A stretch of 64,000 bases of DNA from Stylophora pistillata (Eukaryota), in the NCBI RefSeq assembly GCF_002571385.2, contig NW_019217786.1, forward strand, positions 75,961 through 139,960. Direction: 5' to 3'. Below the pieces are notes generated by a model that was not told where the DNA came from, did no database searches, and was given only the letters and a program-made list of their open reading frames with translations. This document shows positions 38,301 to 48,558 of the stretch, one piece after another; within the stretch, counting starts at the first letter, position 1, and every line of letters starts with the position of its first letter. Both the position numbers and the translations under genes were made by a program.

Positions 38301-41300
38301 TATCTGCAGGTGAGTGCCTGGCGGTTTCAGCGCCTCTTGAGGTCAAGAGGCCTTTTCTCAAAGCGAGTGGTGAAAATAAGAGAGAGCTGTGCATTCCCGT
38401 TCTCTTAATTTTATCAGCGACTTAAATATATGAGAGAAGTGGCTACTTGAACAATGAATAAACATCTCATTCTTAACAAGGCCGAGGAGGTAAGGTGGGG
38501 GAACTACCTTGGGGTAAAATTCAGGTTACGAAAATGCCGGAGACAACAGCAATCACATGCTGTGCTCGTGATTTTTCATGGTTTATTTTCCAGCCTCATC
38601 TGTCTTCTTCAAGATAAACTGAGTTGTTGATTTAGAACATATTCCTCCTTTTCAGCTTTTAGCTACCCATTTCGAGTGGTTTCAGGACGCTTTCGACAAG
38701 ATGACAAAAGATGGGCGTGAAACACAATGGAGGCAAATTACGGAACATGAGAAACCTGAGCTGGTTGCCCTGCCAGACGGACTGGACGATAAGTAAGTTT
38801 GTAACCCTAAAGGATTACAGGCTCGCTAATAAACGAGTTTCAAAGTTTATATTGCATCCACTTCAACAGTTAACAAACAAATTTGTTTTTACTCTGTGAA
38901 GAATATGCGAACTTGTTGCGGTTGCGTCTCATATATTTCGAAGCCTGAATGATGCGAGTTCTGGCCATGTTACCCTGTTGTAGGCCTGCTATGATTATGG
39001 TTGCCTCTGTGTTGGAAATGGTGTCAGTACAACTTTCAGCTTCAAACATCTTCTTTTCTTTGATGTCACTGTCATATTTGCCTTTTTTCTGTCTGTGTTT
39101 GTTTGTTTGTCTGTTTGATAATTTACTTTTATTAATTGAGTCGATAATGTTATGAAATAGGTTGTTGTTCATCGTGGTAGAGTTCATAATGTTAAGTGAG
39201 TTGATAATGTAACTTGGCCATCGTAAAGATTTTCTAAAGTTGATGTTTCGAGCGATAGCCCTTCGTCAGAGTAAATGAATGCTTTAAAAACTCTTAACTG
39301 TGGCCAGTTTACATTATCAACTCAACTGATAACAGCAAACTATCTTGTTATACCCCCCTCACACGCAGATTTCTTTTGAAACTTACACCCTTTATCTTTT
39401 TCTGTTTGGTTTTGATTTTGTTTTGTTTTCGTTTTTGTTTTTTTTTTTGTTTCGTTTTATATGTTTTTCGATTTGCTTGTTTTTTTTGTTTGTTGTTGTT
39501 GTTGTTTTTTTTTTTCCCCTACTTGTGTCTTTCATTTTATATTCTGTTTCTGTTTTTTTTTCTTGGACGTCTGCACGTGATTGTTTCAAGTATTTCTTTA
39601 CGGTTTTCAGGTTCACGCTGATTCAGAGGTTGATGGTGATCCGTTCCCTGCGTGGAGATCGTTTGATGCCAGCTGCGACGTGTTTTATTACGTCGGTGTT
39701 GGGAAAGAAGTAAGTGTCCAACCTACTAAAGTTTCAAGTTTCCTCACATTTCGTCTCTATGTGCTCTAATAGACAATTTTTTTTTTTTTTCATAATTAAA
39801 AATTTAATTTTACAAGAGATTGTGAAAGCCGCTTCGGTAAGAAAAAAACTGAAAAGCATCACGAGGACTTCCCTTCCCCTCACGTGTTAAGCTACTTTTC
39901 GCTTCACTGGTTTGGATTGAGTTTCCTGAGAAAGTATCGAAGCGCTCAAACCGTAGAGGGAATACTTGAATGATTGAATCTTGCGTTTCAGTCGTGGTCA
40001 CATGGTCACATGGTCACAACGTCTCATCTTGGCTCGTTTCCTATCATTTTGGCAACCTCCGGTCTTCGATCCTCCTCAGAGGGAACTTTTAAGGCCGGTT
40101 ATTTAAACAAAGTTTGGCCGTTGTTTAGCAAAACTGTATTCTAAACTATCTTGAATTTAGCTGAATCTTATATCTGAACATTCATTTTTGTGAACTGTGT
40201 CAAAAGAGCCGAAAGTTAGAAGTAGAAGGACATTTATTTAATGAAAACAACCCTCCTATAGAGAATACGTTGGGCCCGTTGCTTGCGTAAAACCGCGGTT
40301 TGAGTAGACCTCGTGGAAATAACCGGCCCATAGTCTCTTTCGGGACGCAAAGGGGCCTATTTTCTGAACACTGATTCGTTGTCGAGCCTCGGTCAATAAA
40401 GTATTCGACTGGTGTTTATTTCTCGTTCAGCTCCTAAAATCTTGAAGTTTGAATCGTAGTTTCATAAGGGACATGAGCTTATTGCCTTGACCATGAATTT
40501 GCACATCTGAACTGATTCATGCATAATGATTTGTTGAACTTGTTGACGATTTTTGACAGTGCTAAGAAGGTGGAAGAGGTGTGTCTATCGTTTTTTTAAT
40601 GCCGTATTCCCGACAGGTACACCACAGAAATCCCGCTGGACTTACCGTTTGCGTATCGTCAGAGCGAGAGTCGCACACCCATTGTGCTGCTGTATACCCA
40701 AGAAGCCAATATGGTGGAAAAGTTAGTTATTGAAGGAGCCCAAAGAAAACAGGTTTGCAAGGCGTTTAATAGTTGGTGTTTAAAATCTAACGATTTCTTT
40801 GTTTGCTTGTTTGTTTGTTTTTCAAATTTCCTTTGTTAATACTAGAATGGTCGGGTCTCATTGATAATAACGGTGAGACTAGGGATTTCTCGCTTTCAAT
40901 TTATGTTTCTCGGCAGGTGGAATTGCATGTTCTTGCTCTAGCAAATGTTGGAATTGGCGAAGAACGTGCTGCAAGAAAGACGATACACAAGGCCATAGTA
41001 CAGGTGGGTAAAACTAACAGTGAAACTTGTTAACATTTGCCTCAGAGTAAGGTAGAGGTGCCTCATCCCTTTTGCGCAAGTTCTTACAGTGATGTATTGA
41101 TATTTAGTGTGCATGCTCGATGAGAATTTGCTCTTGCAAACCACATGCAGTAACCTTCCCTCAACTTGCGTAAGAATTTCGAATCGTCACGTCTTCTTTA
41201 GGTTTAAGACTCTAACGAGTGCCTGGGAGGTTTGAAGAGCAACAAAATATTTTTAGGTGAAGTTTCTAGTTGTATGATTGGGTGATTCAGGGGTGATATT

Positions 41301-44300
41301 GTTTGGAGAAATTAGGTGCTAGTTACTCTTATGGGTCAAAAGATTAGGAGAGTGATACTTGTTTTCTTCAGTACTTTACTTTCTTACGTTTTCACTCTTT
41401 TGGGAATAAAATCCAATTTTAATTTGTTCTCTTTATCCAGGGTCACTGGGTTCTTCTTCATAACGCGCACAATTCACCCCGTCTCCTGGCAGCACTTGAC
41501 TCGTTCATGCAAGAGACCAAGGCAGTGGACAGTGAGTTTAGACTGTGGGTGTCCGTCCAGCCACACCCAGACATACCTTCCTCTCTGTTGCAGTTTGCTG
41601 TAAAGGTTGTAGCTGACTCACCAAAGGTATCGCCTCAGATATTACGTTAAAGAGGGTTAAAGACGACAGGTAGCAGTTTTTCCATCTTGAAAAATTTAGC
41701 CTAAGTCTTCAATACTGTCATTTTTTTATCCGTATTAATCTTTGCCCTCCTCAGTTATTCTGNTTTTTTTTTTTTTTTTTTTTTTCTAGTTTATTCTTAT
41801 CTTCTTAGTGTTTCCATCGAATTTCATAATACCAAAACCAAAGTATTCACATCAGCCAGTTGTAAAATAGAAAACTATCAGAAGGAACCATTGAACTCAA
41901 ATTCGGGAAAAATCGGGAGAACTCCAGTGACCGAGTCACGATTGGTTGAAGGTTTGGATGTTTGAGAAAATGACGCAAGTTTCCGGGACCAATCACGAAG
42001 TAAAGTGAAACCACAGTAATCATGGACTACACTGGACGCTCAATTGAAAACTGCTCTATCTGCCCTAAAAAACGATTATTTCAGGGATTTATTTTATTCA
42101 AATGCAATCCTCTCTGACATTGTTCGTCTGTCTTGTGAGTCCTGATAATTAGTTAAAGCAGAGTTAGGAAGTTGGTATGGTAACGAACTTACTTGTTTAA
42201 CTATAATTTTGACAGTCAAAAAAAAAAAAACAAAAAAAACACCCAAGACTCTTTTCATATACCAGATATGATATCGAATACAAATTCCCATTGTTAATTA
42301 TCTTTGGCAGAGCACAAAAGACAGCTTACAGCGGTCCCTTCAGTGGGTTGATAGCGAATTGATGCGAGTGAGCATGCGTCCGGAGTGGCCCGCTCTGCTT
42401 CATAATATGTGTATGTTACACAGTTTGGTCCGGTTACGAACACGGTTTGGCTTGACTGGCTGGAACAAGCCCGTGGACCTCAGGAACATAGGGACTGCGG
42501 AACTTTGGGTAAGTATCTCGGATCATTCCAGTCGTCGCGATCGTTGGTTTTGGTTTGTAACAGTGGTAGATTTAAAATTTTGACTTAAATGATATTTTCC
42601 TGCAGCAAGGATTGGAGCTGGCCGCACGCGAGTTTCAAGACAATGCCGATATGGCGGGGCTAGGCGCTGGATCAACCAGGAGTATCCAGTGGAATGGATT
42701 ACGGTACATGTTAGCAGAGGTACGTGCCCTTCCCCCCTCTTCCCTGCCTCCTTTTCCTTTTCCCCTGCGACCTGAAAAAATTGATGGATATTGAATTTGA
42801 ATATATGAAAATCATACATGTTTACTGCGGTTTCATGAAATGTAGGAAACCGATCCTCGTAGTTATGAACCCTACTTATGTAGTGGAAATAAGGCCTGGA
42901 AAACTTTTTTTCAGGCCTTATTTCCACTACTACATATGTAGGGTTCATTACTGCGAGGATTACTTTCATACAATCGATAGATATTATTTGTGTGGGCGAA
43001 ATCATGGAATGAAATGCCTGTATCTTTTAGGAAACTTTCAAAAAATGCCTTCAAGAGGAAAATAAAATAAACACTTTTTGAGATCATAGTTTCAGAAGAT
43101 TGTTATATTAATCTTCCAGAAATCGTTCAAAAAGGTTGAATTTATCTTCCTCTTGATTGATCAGTTGATATGTATTCAATTATATCGTTTCATGTATCAG
43201 TAATTTCCCGTCAAGACTGTTGTCATTTAATATTAGTAATATCATTAGTTTATCAGTAGTCTCTAGTCATTGTTGTCAATACTAGCTTTTTTAGTTCTCC
43301 TGTTACTTTTAGCTGTATTTAGTTGTATCTATTTCCTGTAAACATCACCCGCCTAGATTAGTTTAGCTACCCGCGGGCATGTTACTGCACTTTTATCTCA
43401 AAACACAATAAAATGTATGTATGTATGTATGTAATCATTAAGCTTAACCTAAACGTAAATAGAATTTCCGGCGTTTGAGTGGATATGAATTAGCCGGAAA
43501 TGAAATAAACTACGGCACGGGAGCAGTGGTTACTGGGCCAGTTGAAGTGCAGCATGAGTAGAATGGAGTGCTATAAAAGGGATGCTTATCACGTGGGAAA
43601 GCATTCTAGGCCGACACTTCGTCTTGTTCACGTTATTTTTTATTTATTTATTTATATATTTATTTGATTTACTAGTGACAGTTCGAGTTTCGCAGGGGCT
43701 TCTTCGCTTGTTTGCGTTTCCAAAAATATTTAGACTTTTCCGTGCTTTGTTGGAATACATGTTTAGTAAATAAGGGCAAAGACCTTCCAGCCGTGTAGCC
43801 TTCGTAGAATGGGCTTTTCAGAGCATGAACCATGGATCCTACCCAGATTTCCTGCCGAGTCTTTTTCCCTATAGGGGTTTTTCCGGCAGGTTTTTTCTGG
43901 CCTTTGTTCTGACAGTATTCTGTGTAAACTGTCGCTCAGCTTTGTTCTAATTTTCCACTACATGTTTGAATGTAATAGAGGTTGTTGTATAACGTGTTGT
44001 TATATGTGCGGTGCTCGGCCGAAACAGCCTAAATAAACCTAATGGTTTTTCTATTCATGTTGTACTGCGTAGTGGAGCCGAAATTTGGTATTGTATCCTC
44101 GATCGAGGATTGTACTATAGCTTACAAGTGAGCTTTTACACCAGTTAACAGCTTTTTGACCAACAGGACTGTTTCCTGTTGCGAGACCTTGGAATCTTTC
44201 ATACTGGAGGTAGATTTCGTAAGTGGCGCAAACTGTGAGCTGTAATAGCACCGACTAGAAAATTAGTTCATCTGCATCAATTTCAGTGAACTATTTTGTG

Positions 44301-47300
44301 ATTAGGGAATCCATTTACAGTGGACATACATTTCCATAATTTCCGGTGAAATTCGAATGCGAAGGTTGCGTGGCTATGAAAATTATAGTAACTTTCAGAA
44401 GCAGTGAAAGAAAACTGCTGTTGTTGTTGTTTGTTGTGGTTATGGTTTTTGTTGTTGTCGTTGATGATGATGACAATTATGAAATCTTGTTTTTTGTTGA
44501 TAACTGTTTTTATCTTTGCTCCTTATTACTAACTCTAATTACCTGTTTTGTGGTAAAATATAGGTTGTATATGGCAGAAACATGAGCGATGAATTTGACC
44601 GACAAGGCTTGAGTGCCATGATCGATTACTGGATCAGTCCAGCTGCAGTCAAACGGGAATTTGAAGCTTCAAAGAGTACGTGTTTGTGTTTTTGTTTGAT
44701 TTTTCTTTTAATCCGCATGTTCGGCAATGGCCTTCTCTAGGCTTTTAATCTTATTATTCAATGTATAATGTCTTGTGTTCTTTTCTCAAAGTCAAGTACA
44801 AACTGCCATCAGCTTTATTCAGTAGCAACGTGAAATTAAACAGCGTTTGGTCAGCGCTTGAAGGGCTTGCTGGTGAAGGCCTCGAAGTTCCTGAAGCATG
44901 CGGTCTACACCCCTCTCCTGAGGTCAGATAAACTGACTATTAAACAGTGTGTAAAACATGATGGTTTTACTAAGATGATGTGTTGTAAAGACTACTTTTA
45001 ACCCTTCGACAATTGAGAGAGAGATAACATCTAATATCTCCTCATATCCTCCCTGAATCACACATCAAGGTCACGAGAATAAAGGAAATGATCACCAACT
45101 AAGAAGCTCGTGATTGTTAAACAAATTCTCCTTGTCAGCAGCTTAGGAAATGTATAGAGAACAGTATGGAGAATATGCATACTGATGTTAGGGTGTGAAG
45201 GATTATTGACGGTTTGGTGTAGAAACTTCATGGTTAAGGGGCAATTCTGTGCAAATTCCACCAGCACTGTCATTCCGGTTACACTGGTTTTATCATTTTT
45301 TGCATGTATCTAAACTTTACAATCCCAGAAATACTAGTTCAAATTGAACATTCAAAAAAGATACGTGTTTGCCTTCTTCTTTTGGCCTCGATGAAGATGG
45401 TTATTTTATAGGTAGATTCACACTATAGCAGAACTTAGATAATCCTGAATCAAAAGAAGAGTCAAGATCGCATTCGTGTAAATTCTGTTCCCCAAATCTA
45501 TTCTGTAGCGGAAAGAAACTAAAACGCGGAAATAGTGTGTAAACGCTGTAGTGCTTAATTCTTTTCCACGTCGTGCAAAAATACCTTCAGTTCAAATGAA
45601 ACAACAGTATATTAGCCCTATGAGATAGAAAACGCTAAAGAAAGAGTCACTAAGACAGAGCAGGAATGGCCGAGAAAGTAGACGATTCAATGGGAATATA
45701 TTCGACACTCCCTCGAAAATTTCAGGAATTATGTTCTAATTTGCACGTAGCTGTCATAGTTCGAGTCACAGAAACATTGAAACATTGTAACAAATTTGAT
45801 TGATTTGTATTTACAGACTCAGCTGGGAGACGAACAGTATGTGTTCACGCGTTTAAATTACCTACTGGATCGTATGGCGTCTTCCGACACGCTGACACAC
45901 GCTGTTGTGGAGCCATCCACGCTGGTACCATCCTCCGGTGTTATGCAGCAGAGTTCGGCTGTGCACACCACTGGAGCAGGGTCAATCAGTATTGTTGGGG
46001 CAGGGGTGTTCGCTAGTGCCAGTCTAGTCTCTTTCCGTAATCGGAAGGAAGTCGATTTAAACGAAGTCTGCACGACAATGCTGACGAAGATTCCAAAAGT
46101 TTGGTCGAAGGTCAGTTGTATTCTTTTGAAGTTTCAGTTTTTCTCTCCCGTTTTCTTTTGTTGTTGTTCCCATCAAACTCTTTTTTTTTTCATATCAAAT
46201 CAAGTAAGCCTCTCTCCTACCAAAATCAGCATTATCTTGTCTGACGAAGGACACAATAATTTAAAGCTGCTGTCTAATAAAAGAAAAACCACAGGCACCT
46301 TAGCTTAGTATTTTTTGAGAGGACGTAAGCCAGCGACAGAAAGCTTTTTCTCAGTAGTTTGACAAACTTGTACGCCTTCAACAGTATAGACGAAGTCGCC
46401 CCCTTTCTTCTCTCGAGACGTGTTCCGCAGAGGTTTCGTGAAAAATTATATTGCAAGAATTTTGTTTTATTTGTACTTAACAGGAGAGTGTATACGAGCG
46501 GATGAAGAAGACAGGAGGACCAAATTCCTTTAATCTCTTTGTCATAGCTGAGATGGAATGTATGCATAGACTATTGGCGTGTGTTCGCGAAACTTTATTG
46601 GTAAATGACTGGTTTTATTCCCTTTTTCCATGCTACTATGAAATTGTAAGTTCTTTTTTTTTTGGTTGCATTCCAGTTGGAATCTGGCATATTAGTTAAA
46701 TTTCTGAACAAGTGCAAATCTCAATGAAAAATTATTCGCCCTCTAATCTATCCGAGAAAACTTTTTTGAGTAGAATTTCCCCCTAATCCTTTGACCATTT
46801 TTCTTGACATCACCCATATTCACCTCCAGGAAAACTTGTCAAGGGAAATCTTCCCAGTTTGAATATGGCTTACACTTCAGGAAACCTGGAATTTGAGATC
46901 CTGATCGTAACGAAGCCAAAGATCTGTTGCTACTTTTTCTCCCTTAAATGTTATCGGGATACAATAACAATTGAGAAGCAGAAGGTGGCACGAGTAAAGT
47001 GATGATAACTTTGCAAATAATTTTCCTTGCCACTCTCGTAAATGTTCAATCAACTCGGAGAGCCACTAGAAGCAATAGTTTTCTGCCACACTAAAATCTG
47101 AACCGTTGCAAAATAAAAGAGGATCATTTTTCGTTTCAAGTTGTACTGTTGAGAACTTGCATGCTCTGAATTCTTTCGTGTGATATTTTTTTTTTTGCTG
47201 CTGATGTACTGATCTGTTTGTTGTAGTCAATCAAGGCGGTAACAGAAGAGAGTCTGTGTGGTGACCGTATCAGCGAGGAGCTACTGGACTCTGCTGATGA

Positions 47301-48558
47301 CCTTTACCACATGAGAATTCCCAGCAAATGGAGTCAGCTGGGAGGAGATTCCTCCCCTCCCCCCACGTGGAGTTTGGCCGCCTGGTTTACCGACCTTGGA
47401 AACCGGTTTTCACATATTGACCGAATCATTGTGCAGGTAAATAATCAATGCGAAAGGCGGTTTGATGTTCTGATATTTCTTGAACTGAATCGGCTGAAAT
47501 ACTTGCTCTTCGTTTGTTAGGGTCGTGAAAGAGTACCGGCCTATTGGCTTGGAGCTTTCTTTAACCCACGGCGTTTTCTCTCCATCATCAAACAGGTAAC
47601 ACTACAACAGAAAACGTTTCATTTGTAAAAATTTGTGTCTGCGTTATGATCGTATTTATTAACACCGTATGGTGTTCCTCAGGAGGCTGTCAGAAACTAC
47701 GAAGGAAGGCTTTCAGGAACAGAACCGTTTGTGTATCAAACAGAAGTCACGGGAAGAGATAAAGATCACGTGAGCAAGCGTTCTTTTTTTTTTTATTGAG
47801 GAGAGAAATTGTACAGTCGATGACCTGGAATCTTATTTTGAAATGTATTTGTTCTACTAGATCTTAGGCCTTTTCGAACCATGCTTACTTGACGGTTTCT
47901 TATGCAATGCAACAAAGGCGTTTTTTGAAATTACAACTTAATTTATTTTGTAGATGGTCAAGCAGCTGTAACTAACACTTCTGGTTTTAGTCTTGGTTTT
48001 AGTCTTGGTTCCTTTTTCTGTTTCTGGTGAGCTGATCTTATCAGTAAGAAGGAAAGGTTTCTTTTTTACACCCAGCGACTGGTCACCAGCTCCCTGAGAC
48101 TCAACTATTGTGCAACTCTGATTGTTGCCCTGCGCTCACGATTAGTTCAAACATATTCGTTTTTTTAATCACTTTCCTTTAACCGTTTCATTAGCTCACT
48201 AATTTCTGTTTAATTTAATTTCACCAACTAGTTGAGAGAACCTCCGCTTGACGGAATGTTCGTGTATGGCATTTACTTATGGGGCTGTGCCTGGGAGAAA
48301 ACCACCGGGGACCTCTTGGACGCTCCTCCAAAATCTGGCCCGACCCCTCTCCCTGTGGTACACATTGTTGCTCTTCCTCAGACTGAGAAAGCCTCCTTGA
48401 ATGACCCTGTGCGTGCCGCTGTGTCATACTCGTGCCCATGCTACTCGTCCAGGATTTGTCAGCGAGAGCCTGTTATGCTTTTGGATGTGGACAACAAAGA
48501 TGTTCCTTCCACGCGCTGGCCTCTTCGAGGACTTTCTAGTACATTAAGACCCTTTTAA
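268..48558 (+). CDS. Divergent axonemal-type dynein heavy chain (DNAH5/DNAH8-like), 5'-truncated by the window edge; 78 exons, about 3,840 aa in window
   Basis: Hand-spliced GT-AG exons join in phase with no stop until TAA at 48556-48558. Dynein hallmarks appear in the expected order: GPGVPGVRPAEAVIRLQDFQ, EIRNRHW, WLTVQDLWQHLEEVF, KRKVFPRFCF, DFEW, GPTGTGKTET, GPPGTGKS, ASPSTVSRCGMVY, GPAGCGKT, FIDDL, HYLFNLRE, LCDPQ, YRPIARR..YQTSLAQFL, GHWVLLHNAH, FRLW, GWNKP, PEACGLHP, WLGAFFNP, GMFVYGIYLWGCAW, YSCPCY. Confidence 0.95.
1935..2226 (-). mobile_element. tRNA-derived SINE
   Basis: The reverse complement starts aaccgcctcccggTTAGCTCAATTGGttagagcgccggactgttgtgcgggaggtcgagGGTTCGAGCCCcggccggacc, i.e. 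Pol III A and B boxes in a tRNA-like head, followed by a non-tRNA body. Confidence 0.8.
2575..2832 (-). mobile_element. Degenerate SINE, second family; related copies at ~11030-11300 (+), ~25490-25690 (-), ~27970-28180 (+), ~29230-30115 (+, interrupted), ~37830-38030 (+)
   Basis: Copies share a decayed core resembling gtgcctctctccacccaggagt...taccggc...gcatccc; some retain a tRNA-like head. Boundaries are approximate. Confidence 0.55.
4826..5040 (+). mobile_element. ~210 bp TTAA-flanked MITE-like repeat, degenerate copy
   Basis: Shares the core catctaatttctcc..gaataaaggaaatgatcac..agaagctcttgattgtta..aaattc with the copies at 22666, 24053, 36700 and 44999. Confidence 0.7.
5565..5720 (+). repeat. 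Dispersed repeat starting agcaattttcagttgagtgtcg; related copies at ~12790-12860, ~16989-17150 (+), ~41810-42058 (-)
   Basis: The same terminal motif and internal gtaatccg / aaaactcgtgc / ccaatca motifs recur at several intronic positions. Confidence 0.6.
7400..7545 (-). mobile_element. Decayed LINE reverse-transcriptase fragment
   Basis: The minus strand reads RVTSGVPQGSTLSPSL, followed out of frame by a DDTT remnant. These match the RT motifs GVPQGS and YADD. Confidence 0.65.
9873..13205 (+). CDS. Dynein heavy chain AAA1 module (exons 19-26)
   Basis: Exons 9873-10093, 10346-10414 (P-loop GPTGTGKTET), 10651-10749, 10833-10970 (Walker B WGLMDEFHKI), 11473-11693, 12000-12163, 12468-12613, 13004-13205. 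Confidence 0.9.
13652..17264 (+). CDS. Dynein heavy chain AAA2 module (exons 27-33)
   Basis: Exons 13652-13992 (GPPGTGKS, INP, DGIF), 15231-15338 (NGERL, FETDDL, ASPSTVSRC), 15886-15972, 16111-16175, 16485-16554, 16751-16965 (FSLIWSFGG), 17195-17264. Confidence 0.9.
14132..14675 (-). mobile_element. TTAA MITE-family-related copy split by a ~290 bp insert and carrying a 37-bp tandem duplication
   Basis: Starts ttaaccctttcactccc and resumes near 14463. ttgtgaggagaagttctgtctcggtcactcgtgcgaa occurs twice (14591-14627 and 14628-14664). Confidence 0.6.
15804..15856. repeat. (ATT)n microsatellite just upstream of the exon 29 acceptor
   Basis: Direct reading. Another (ATT)n lies at ~31878-31911. 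Confidence 0.95.
17492..21101 (+). CDS. Dynein heavy chain AAA3 module (exons 34-41)
   Basis: Exons 17492-17606 (GPAGCGKT), 17747-17845, 18650-18750 (FIDDLSLPQRDQYGTQ), 19208-19354 (AAMN), 19568-19642, 19867-20037 (PTPGRCHYLFNLRE), 20740-20892 (LWQHELTRVVKDR), 20991-21101. Confidence 0.9.
18132..18411. mobile_element. Non-autonomous element: inverted-repeat-bounded segment (18132-18292) plus terminal long hairpin (18296-18411)
   Basis: ttattacacgact...agtcgtataataa (1 mismatch), then tcttattaaccaagc..cgtactg..agaatatcggccc / gggccgatattct..cagtacg..gcttggttaataaga. Confidence 0.7.
21526..25449 (+). CDS. Dynein heavy chain AAA4 module (exons 42-47)
   Basis: Exons 21526-21692, 22337-22523 (GNALLIGSIGTHLNSL), 23082-23189 (SGEYPPLFSVDE), 23358-23497 (NLHIILC), 24325-24456 (DWP), 25138-25449. 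Confidence 0.88.
22666..22870 (+). mobile_element. ~210 bp TTAA-flanked MITE-like repeat copy
   Basis: Aligns by eye with 44999-45205; ends cagggtgtaaagggtcaa. Confidence 0.75.
24053..24263 (-). mobile_element. ~210 bp TTAA-flanked MITE-like repeat copy
   Basis: ttaaccctttac...gtgaaagggttca termini; reverse complement of the 44999 copy. Confidence 0.75.
26301..32085 (+). CDS. Dynein heavy chain stalk and microtubule-binding domain (exons 48-54)
   Basis: Exons 26301-26547, 27273-27422 (NAGNAG acceptor; 27270 also possible), 28210-28519 (RAFQSPPPM), 28723-28983 (WKAIQQIMNDSQKFVESL), 30230-30447, 30825-31000, 31957-32085 (AAFLTYCG). Confidence 0.85.
26900..27095. repeat. Degenerate GTCAGTCTGTTCGTTT-type low-complexity tandem repeat
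   Basis: Direct reading. It explains the spurious ORFs 26876-27130 and 26913-27155. Confidence 0.8.
27483..27940 (-). mobile_element. 5'-truncated non-LTR retrotransposon (CR1/L2-group-like) 3' end with (GAT)n tail
   Basis: ORF 27659-27961 encodes IHNYGTR...RTNVKQFTILNQGPKIWNSLP...FKTKL, a typical LINE ORF2 C-terminus, followed by a 3'UTR and gatgatgatgatg. Confidence 0.85.
29303..29973 (-). mobile_element. 5'-truncated LINE (CR1/L2-group-like) with (TTA)n tail and 15-bp TSD
   Basis: The minus strand encodes KRLYVICALKKCGL..VYSSIIRSVLEYASLAW..IESVQKRALKII. TSD tgttctttgttcttt at 29288-29302 and 29974-29988. Confidence 0.88.
31015..31405. repeat. (CTGT)n-derived low-complexity repeat with an internal ~80 bp duplication
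   Basis: Direct reading. It is the source of the spurious CLSV-type ORFs. Confidence 0.9.
32364..32541 (+). repeat. 25-bp minisatellite x7 (actgaacagtgtggagaatatgcat) inside a TTAA MITE copy (~32209-32565)
   Basis: Seven near-identical units starting at 32364, 32389, 32414, 32439, 32464, 32489 and 32514. Confidence 0.95.
32699..48558 (+). CDS. Dynein heavy chain AAA5, AAA6 and C-terminal domain (exons 55-78)
   Basis: Exons 32699-32807, 33405-33584, 34095-34250, 34761-34798, 35218-35389, 35814-35959, 36402-36587, 37435-37546, 38133-38309, 38656-38792, 39611-39709, 40617-40752, 40917-41003, 41441-41626, 42311-42508, 42606-42719, 44564-44675, 44792-44922, 45817-46110, 46484-46600, 47227-47436, 47521-47595, 47683-47769, 48232-48558 (stop). 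Confidence 0.88.
32883..33331. mobile_element. MITE, ~450 bp, with terminal inverted repeats
   Basis: agagagttttagatcc...ggatctaaaactctct is a 16-bp perfect IR that extends imperfectly, in a TA-rich flank. Confidence 0.8.
36700..36890 (-). mobile_element. ~200 bp TTAA-flanked MITE-like repeat copy
   Basis: Contains tcaggggtgatattgaaaggagaaattagatgctggtcactc, shared with the other copies. Confidence 0.7.
39215..39392. mobile_element. Penelope-type terminal repeat fragment (related to 1-60 and 52490-52590)
   Basis: Shares the gtggcca.tttaca.t.tcaactca..tgata motif and the tttcgagcg.tagcccttcgtc motif with the Penelope-like fragment. Confidence 0.55.
40091..40331. mobile_element. MITE-like element with short TIR
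   Basis: ggccggttattt...aaataaccggcc, a 12-bp inverted repeat. Confidence 0.55.
42853..42960. repeat. Near-perfect ~108 bp foldback hairpin
   Basis: atcctcgtagttatgaaccctacttatgtagtggaaataaggcctg / caggccttatttccactactacatatgtagggttcattactgcgaggat. Confidence 0.85.
44999..45207 (+). mobile_element. ~210 bp TTAA-flanked MITE-like repeat, best-preserved copy
   Basis: taacccttcg...gaataaaggaaatgatcaccaactaagaagctc...gagaacagtatggagaatatgcatactgatgttagggtgtgaagg. Confidence 0.8.

Noticed and set aside
41763-41763. Ambiguous base N (another at 62270)
   Set aside because: Assembly ambiguity within introns; it does not affect the exon models, though hidden gap size is unknown.
42523-43065. 160-aa and 113-aa ORFs on opposite strands with similar peptide (VMNPTYVVEIRP)
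   Set aside because: An artefact of the 42853-42960 palindrome.
268-48558. Dynein pseudogene
   Set aside because: All 78 exons splice in phase with canonical sites and there is no premature stop.
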